DNA of 32,000 bases from Promethearchaeum syntrophicum (GTDB taxonomy: Archaea; Asgardarchaeota; Lokiarchaeia; Sigyniarchaeales; Promethearchaeaceae), in NCBI RefSeq assembly GCF_008000775.2, contig NZ_CP042905.2:3000001-3032000 (forward strand), given 5' to 3'. How positions within the stretch are numbered: the first letter of the stretch is position 1; each line of letters opens with the position of its first letter. This document shows positions 27,481 through 32,000 of the stretch, one piece after another. Below the pieces are notes generated by a model. That model saw only the letters and a program-made list of their open reading frames with translations. It was not told the DNA's origin and made no database searches. Made by a program: the position numbers and the translations under genes.

Positions 27481-28167
27481 TTGAAGATGAGTGATAGTCT
27501 AATGTTGAGTAAATTACATGTTATTATAGACGGAGATTCATATGAAAACTTCCAAAAATTGATAGATGAACTAGAAAAACTCGATTTTTATGTAGAACGG
27601 AAAGGTATTGGGAAAAAAATTGTCCAAATCCCCCCTAATGGGGGAGTACTAATCTTAAAATCAAAAGACTTGGAAGGAAAATCTTCAATGTCGAATATCC
27701 AAAAAAAAATGCAGGATTTCTTTAAACTAATACCGAATGGGGTAATTATTTATGAGAATTTCAACCAATTAGGTGGAATAAAGAGAGATCTAATTCAAAA
27801 AATATTGTTTAATCAAATTTTTAACACAGAATCGACATTTAACGGAATTGTCCCAACGAGAAAACCATCAGAAACCGCATTATGCATTAAAAGTATAGCA
27901 AAAAGGGAGCAAATTGAAGATAATCCTCCAATTTTAAGTAGAACAAAAAGAAAGTCAAAGTATCTTTCAGATTATCAAGTTTTTTTTATTGAAGGCTTAC
28001 TTCAATGTGGACCTAAAAAAGCCAAAGCCCTTCTGAAGGTTTTTAATACCCCTCAAGAAATAATTAATACTATTCTTTATGATCCAGATAAAATTTCACG
28101 AATAAAGGGATTTGGTAAAAAATTTATAGAAACTAATCAAAAACTTCTTCAAGGTAATCTAAAATAG
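27481..28167 (+). CDS. ERCC4-like + (HhH)2 paralog lacking the nuclease catalytic motif (ERCC1/EME1-like, degenerate)
   Basis: It is colinear with the adjacent XPF (VIIDGDS, VIIYENF, PTRKPSETALCIKSIAKRE, CGPKKAKALLKVF, IKGFGKKFIETNQKLL). GDY is absent and the ERK position reads LILKSKDLE. The track start is a TTG at 27481; an ATG lies at 27487. Confidence 0.65.
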   Translation: MKMSDSLMLSKLHVIIDGDSYENFQKLIDELEKLDFYVERKGIGKKIVQIPPNGGVLILKSKDLEGKSSMSNIQKKMQDFFKLIPNGVIIYENFNQLGGIKRDLIQKILFNQIFNTESTFNGIVPTRKPSETALCIKSIAKREQIEDNPPILSRTKRKSKYLSDYQVFFIEGLLQCGPKKAKALLKVFNTPQEIINTILYDPDKISRIKGFGKKFIETNQKLLQGNLK

Positions 28168-28202
28168 CAACTTTTTTTTAGTTTAAACACAAATCGATCT
28201 AT

Positions 28203-28574
28203 ATGCAAGATTCTTTTGATTCAAATTGTCATTTCAAGGTAGGATGTAAATTTTGGATTAAAGGATCAAATGATTTTACTATGGGTCCAGGCGATGTTAA
28301 GTTAATTAAAAAACTAATAGAATTTAAAAATCTGACAAAAGCAGCCAATGTTTGTAACTATTCCTACAAATATGCTTGGAAAAAGATTAAAAATATTTCA
28401 GAAAAAACCGGTAAAGCAATCGTTAAAAGCCACAGAGGAGGTAAAGGCGGTGGTGGCGAGGTTTCGGTGACTCCATGGGGAATCCATTTGGTATCATTAT
28501 TTGAAAGTGCTGAAATGCAACTAAATAAAGTGATCAGTAAAATTAATGCTGATTTTGTAAAAAAACAATCATAA
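28203..28574 (+). CDS. ModE N-terminal-domain-like winged-HTH protein
   Basis: LTKAANVCNYSYKYAWKKIKNISEKTGKAIVKSHRGGKGGGGEVSVTPWG matches the ModE/LysR-type HTH pattern (SYKxAW...GGxGGGG...T). No molybdate-binding Mop domain is present. Confidence 0.7.
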   Translation: MQDSFDSNCHFKVGCKFWIKGSNDFTMGPGDVKLIKKLIEFKNLTKAANVCNYSYKYAWKKIKNISEKTGKAIVKSHRGGKGGGGEVSVTPWGIHLVSLFESAEMQLNKVISKINADFVKKQS

Positions 28575-28622
28575 GAAAGAATTTTAACGAAAAAAATTAT
28601 AAAATATCTATAGGGGATTTTT

Positions 28623-30296
28623 TTGAATAGTGGCATAACTAAAATTGAAAATACAACACCGGAAGAAGAATTCACAATCATTATTGACATTGGAGAGGGA
28701 AATACAAAAGTCGGGTTTGCTGGAGATGAGAAGCCAATAATGTTTCCGACTGTTGTAGGAAAACCAAAGTATAGACAAACCATGATGACAGGTGTTAACG
28801 CCCAAGAGATTTACGTTGGGGAAGATACAACAAAAATGCGGGGAGTTCTCAAAATTGCTCATCCAATTAAGCGGGGAACAGTAATGGATTGGGATAATTA
28901 TTATGCTATATTAAATCACATATTCTTTGACACCTTGCGAGTAGATGCAAAAAAATGCAATGTCATTTATCTGGTGCCCCCCTTAACAAACCCCGAAACG
29001 TACCAATATTTTGCCAAAGTTTTATTTGAAACTCACCAAGTTAAATCTGTAGCAATAATTGATACTGCAACCACATCAGTATTTTCTATTGGGGAAACAA
29101 CGGGATTATCTATTGAGATTGGGTGTGGATTATGCACTATTTGTCCAGTAATGGATGGAAAAATCTTTGGTCCAAGCGTTCAAAAACTTAATTTAGCGGG
29201 AATGGATGTCGAGGATTATTTAGAAAAGTTGCTAACTCAGTACGGAATCTTTCAAAAGAGGGAGATTATCCAAGATATTAAAGAAAGAACCTTAAAAATT
29301 GCAATGGATCCTAATGCGGCTTCTCAAGATCCTTCTTTCAATGTGAAATATTTACTCCCTGATGGAGAAAAATTGGAGTTAAGTTCTTACTTCATAATTA
29401 TGGCAGGGGAAATTATTTTTAACCCAATTTTAGTGGGAATTAGTGGTAGGAGTATACAAAGTGCAATTATTGATTCTCTTCGTGCGACAGATCCTAATTA
29501 TTGGAGACAATTACTTCAAAAGATTGTATTGTCAGGAGGAACTTCCTACATTAGTGGATTAAAGGACAGGTTGGAAGCTGAAATAAAAAAAAACCTAGTT
29601 GAACTAGGAGATTTACCTCCTATTGTTGATGAGACAACAAATATTCTAGTACCAGAACCAGTAAATGGAAATTCATCTTCCTTAGAAGATTCAACTTCTA
29701 TGGTGCAAATTCTGGGAAAAGAAAGTAAACCAGAAAATTGTTCACGATGTGGCGAATTATTAGAGAAAGGAAGTGATTTTTGTCAATCTTGTGGACAGCA
29801 TGTGGATCAAAAACAAATTGAAATATTAGGTGCAACACATTCATCATATCCTACAATATGTTCAAAATGTTTTCAAAAATTAGATGGGATAATTTCAGTC
29901 TGCCCTTATTGTAATAATAAATTAAAACCTATAATCTCTGAAGATAAATTAGATCGTAAAGAAAAGAAACTTTTAAAGAAAACCTCTGTTTCTGAAAAGG
30001 AATTGAAAGAATTATCATTACAAGTGGAAAGTGAATATGGTGGCTTTGATGAATTAGAAGAAATTAATGAGAAAAAACCTCCACTTATCGGTAAGCTAAA
30101 TATAAAAGTCCCTAAAAAGGATCCAGAAGAAATAGTTCAAATTGTGTTACATGATGATAGATTTTACGCTGCTTTTAAAGGCGCTTCAGTTTTAGGGTCT
30201 TTACCAAGTTTCAAGCCCTTTTTGGTTGATAAAGCCACTTTTGATGCAAATCCAGATGCTTGTAAGGTTGACTTTTATTCTATCATTAATCAATAA
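28623..30296 (+). CDS. actin-family (actin/Arp-like) protein with an internal double zinc-ribbon insertion
   Basis: Actin hallmarks appear in the right order: IIIDIGEGNTKVGFAGDEKPIMFPTVVGKPKY, LAGMDVEDYL, IIQDIKERTLKIA, YLLPDGEKLEL, VLSGGTSYISGLKDRL, RFYAAFKGASVLGSL. An insertion spans residues about 326-503 and contains CSRCGELLEKGSDFCQSCG and CSKCFQKLDGIISVCPYCN. The start is a TTG. Confidence 0.85.
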   Translation: MNSGITKIENTTPEEEFTIIIDIGEGNTKVGFAGDEKPIMFPTVVGKPKYRQTMMTGVNAQEIYVGEDTTKMRGVLKIAHPIKRGTVMDWDNYYAILNHIFFDTLRVDAKKCNVIYLVPPLTNPETYQYFAKVLFETHQVKSVAIIDTATTSVFSIGETTGLSIEIGCGLCTICPVMDGKIFGPSVQKLNLAGMDVEDYLEKLLTQYGIFQKREIIQDIKERTLKIAMDPNAASQDPSFNVKYLLPDGEKLELSSYFIIMAGEIIFNPILVGISGRSIQSAIIDSLRATDPNYWRQLLQKIVLSGGTSYISGLKDRLEAEIKKNLVELGDLPPIVDETTNILVPEPVNGNSSSLEDSTSMVQILGKESKPENCSRCGELLEKGSDFCQSCGQHVDQKQIEILGATHSSYPTICSKCFQKLDGIISVCPYCNNKLKPIISEDKLDRKEKKLLKKTSVSEKELKELSLQVESEYGGFDELEEINEKKPPLIGKLNIKVPKKDPEEIVQIVLHDDRFYAAFKGASVLGSLPSFKPFLVDKATFDANPDACKVDFYSIINQ

Positions 30297-30412
30297 TTAA
30301 ATTAACACTATTTTCTGTATCAATATTTTTTTAATATTTGTTTAATTATTTTGCTACAGAAAATGAATTCCTTCAATTTATGAAAGGTTATAATAGGAAA
30401 GGTTTTAGAAAA

Positions 30413-31561
30413 ATGAAACAACGACATAATATTTTAGCATTTTTATTCTTATCAGTACTAATAATATCCTCATTCGATTATTCGGTGGCGACATCACGAA
30501 AAGATTTACTTGAAGACTTTTGCATTTCCAATCAAACAGCAACGGGCGGTTTTATGGATTTTAATAATGGAACTGCAGATACAATTTCAGAATTTACATC
30601 TTATGCGAATTTGTTCATTCTTAATGAAATAGATCCAAATTTAGAAAAAATTGATAAATCTAAAGCGGAATTTTGGGGTATTGACAGATTAAATGATTTC
30701 ACATCAACAACGGGCACTGAAAAAAGTATCCCCGATGCTTACTATGCTTTAGGAATTTTAGTTTATCTAAATGCGACAGCTAATGAAAATTCAACACTTA
30801 ATGATGCAATTACAAAGATGAATGGTTTTTATAATGAAACCAGTCATGGGTATAATGGAGAAAATAGCCCCATTTCAACATTAAGTGATACTTATTATGC
30901 AATCGAATTTCTTGAAAGAGCCGAAAGTCTTTCCTATTCTACCAACTCAACTGAAATAGCATCTTTTGTATTATCATGCTGGGATAGTGAAGACAATGCT
31001 TTTGCGGGAAGTCCTGGAGGCTATGCAAATCCGATTGATTCATATTTTGCTATTCAAAGCTTAAAAAGGCTTGATAAATTGGACCTTTTTAATCAAAAAG
31101 AAGAATTAAGCGATTTTATTGATGAATTCTACTGTGATGATCCTGTTTTTGAAGCTCATAATGGAGGATACTCACATACACAGAATTCACCTTCATCTAG
31201 CTCATTAATGATGACATATTATTGCGTTAGTCTCCAAAACACATTAAATTCTTCAAAATTACATAATGAAACAACTCTTAATTGGATTTTATCCCGTCAA
31301 AGCCCTTATGATTTCGGATTCAATGATTATTCGAGTACTTCTAGTATTGAATATTCTTCTGCAAAATTATCATATTTTGCTATTCGATCAATCTTAATCT
31401 TTGAAGAAGATGCACTTGGAGATAGAAACAGCGATTTAATGAATGAAGAACTTTGGAATTTATCCACAAGTGGATGGATAATTGCTGGCATTGTATTAAT
31501 ATGTATAGGATTAGCTGCACTCGCAGGATATGGTATTTATCGATATAAAAATCGGATTTAA
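30413..31561 (+). CDS. surface-anchored prenyltransferase/terpene-cyclase-like alpha/alpha-toroid repeat protein
   Basis: Signal or anchor sequence MKQRHNILAFLFLSVLIISS (the ORF track begins at 30338). There are 5-6 repeats of a GG(F/Y)...D.YYA(L/I)..L type (GGFMDF, DAYYALGIL, DTYYAIEFL, DSYFAIQSL, MTYYCVSL, LSYFAIRSI). The C-terminal TM is WIIAGIVLICIGLAALAGYGIY with a short basic tail. NxS/T sequons are numerous. Confidence 0.6.
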   Translation: MKQRHNILAFLFLSVLIISSFDYSVATSRKDLLEDFCISNQTATGGFMDFNNGTADTISEFTSYANLFILNEIDPNLEKIDKSKAEFWGIDRLNDFTSTTGTEKSIPDAYYALGILVYLNATANENSTLNDAITKMNGFYNETSHGYNGENSPISTLSDTYYAIEFLERAESLSYSTNSTEIASFVLSCWDSEDNAFAGSPGGYANPIDSYFAIQSLKRLDKLDLFNQKEELSDFIDEFYCDDPVFEAHNGGYSHTQNSPSSSSLMMTYYCVSLQNTLNSSKLHNETTLNWILSRQSPYDFGFNDYSSTSSIEYSSAKLSYFAIRSILIFEEDALGDRNSDLMNEELWNLSTSGWIIAGIVLICIGLAALAGYGIYRYKNRI

Positions 31562-31593
31562 AAAAATTTTTTCTGTTTTTTCAAATTACTACA

Positions 31594-32000
31594 TTACACT
31601 TCTTTTTTGATAAATCTCTTTATATATGCTGCCATTATCATCTCTTCTTTTTGTAAAAATTTTCGTAAAACATCACGAATATAATCCGGATCATATCTTT
31701 CATTCCTGTTGTTTGACATTTCAAGATATCCTGATCCGCGTTGTAAATAATCTGAAGAAGCGACCGAATACCATTTACATTCATCCAAAGGTTCATCATC
31801 TATAGTTATCGAGTTGATTCGACAAAAATTTTCAGATTCTGAATTCAAATAGATTCTTACATTACTGGATACAGCAATATTTCCCAGATATTTCCCCCTA
31901 AATCCCGCCCCACTACCGTCTTGCATTTGAATTTCTTCAATTAATGATTTTTCTAATGTTTTTCGTATATCTATTCCCTTAATTTCAAAATAGGTTGGAT
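31594..32000 (-). CDS. 5'-nucleotidase C-terminal-domain-like protein (N-terminal part outside the window)
   Basis: WYSVASSDYLQRGSGY resembles the 5'-nucleotidase C-terminal substrate-binding domain motif (Y.VATNDFLA.GGDGY). By hand translation the minus-strand frame stays open from 31926 to the window edge. Confidence 0.55.
   Translation of the reverse strand, partial: PTYFEIKGIDIRKTLEKSLIEEIQMQDGSGAGFRGKYLGNIAVSSNVRIYLNSESENFCRINSITIDDEPLDECKWYSVASSDYLQRGSGYLEMSNNRNERYDPDYIRDVLRKFLQKEEMIMAAYIKRFIKKEV

Noticed and set aside
28364-28862. Minus-strand ORFs of 139 and 84 aa span the ModE-like gene and the actin 5' end.
   Set aside because: They are antisense to two motif-supported genes. The products are low-complexity or hydrophobic without motifs and are probably shadows.
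1-32000. A scan for CRISPR arrays, IS elements or transposases, rRNA genes and known defence-system genes.
   Set aside because: I saw no regularly spaced direct repeats, no transposase or Cas-like ORFs, no rRNA-like sequence, and no restriction, toxin-antitoxin or nuclease-NTPase defence signatures.

Overview
AT-rich, gene-dense archaeal window: about 27 protein genes, one tRNA, and no CRISPR array, IS element or rRNA. An actin-fold protein that is colinear with eukaryotic actin suggests an Asgard (Lokiarchaeia-like) genome; this is inference only. Layout: (i) 1-909, the 3' part of an acetyl-CoA hydrolase/transferase gene. (ii) 1493-9236, a six-gene same-strand operon that interleaves heterodisulfide reductase subunits (HdrC, an HdrA-MvhD fusion, a TPR-HdrB fusion) with hydrogenase-accessory-like subunits (small-subunit-like, HydB/FlxB-like, HydG/FlxA-like). 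No [NiFe] large subunit is present, so it resembles a Flx-Hdr type NAD(P)H-linked complex. (iii) 9304-13522, a secreted clan-CD (caspase-like) protease with a duplicated PPC+Ig module, a small acidic secreted protein and a double wHTH protein. (iv) 13573-20159, a thioredoxin-like protein, tRNA-Phe(GAA), an extended acyl-CoA dehydrogenase, a wHTH protein, a SAM methyltransferase and an MFS transporter. (v) 20478-25874, two paralogous membrane hybrid histidine kinases converging on a stomatin gene and a hexulose-phosphate-synthase-like gene. (vi) 25978-32000, a CPBP protease, a divergent pair made of a canonical short XPF (ERCC4+HhH2) nuclease and a catalytically degenerate paralog, a ModE-N-like HTH protein, the actin-fold protein with a roughly 180-aa double zinc-ribbon insertion, a surface-anchored prenyltransferase-like alpha/alpha-toroid repeat protein, and a partial 5'-nucleotidase-like gene. 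The most interesting candidates are the zinc-ribbon actin and its neighbourhood, the active/inactive ERCC4 pair (XPF-ERCC1-like), and the hydrogenase-less Hdr/Flx operon with its TPR-HdrB fusion. All family calls come from motif recognition by eye. No database search was run and novelty cannot be verified here.
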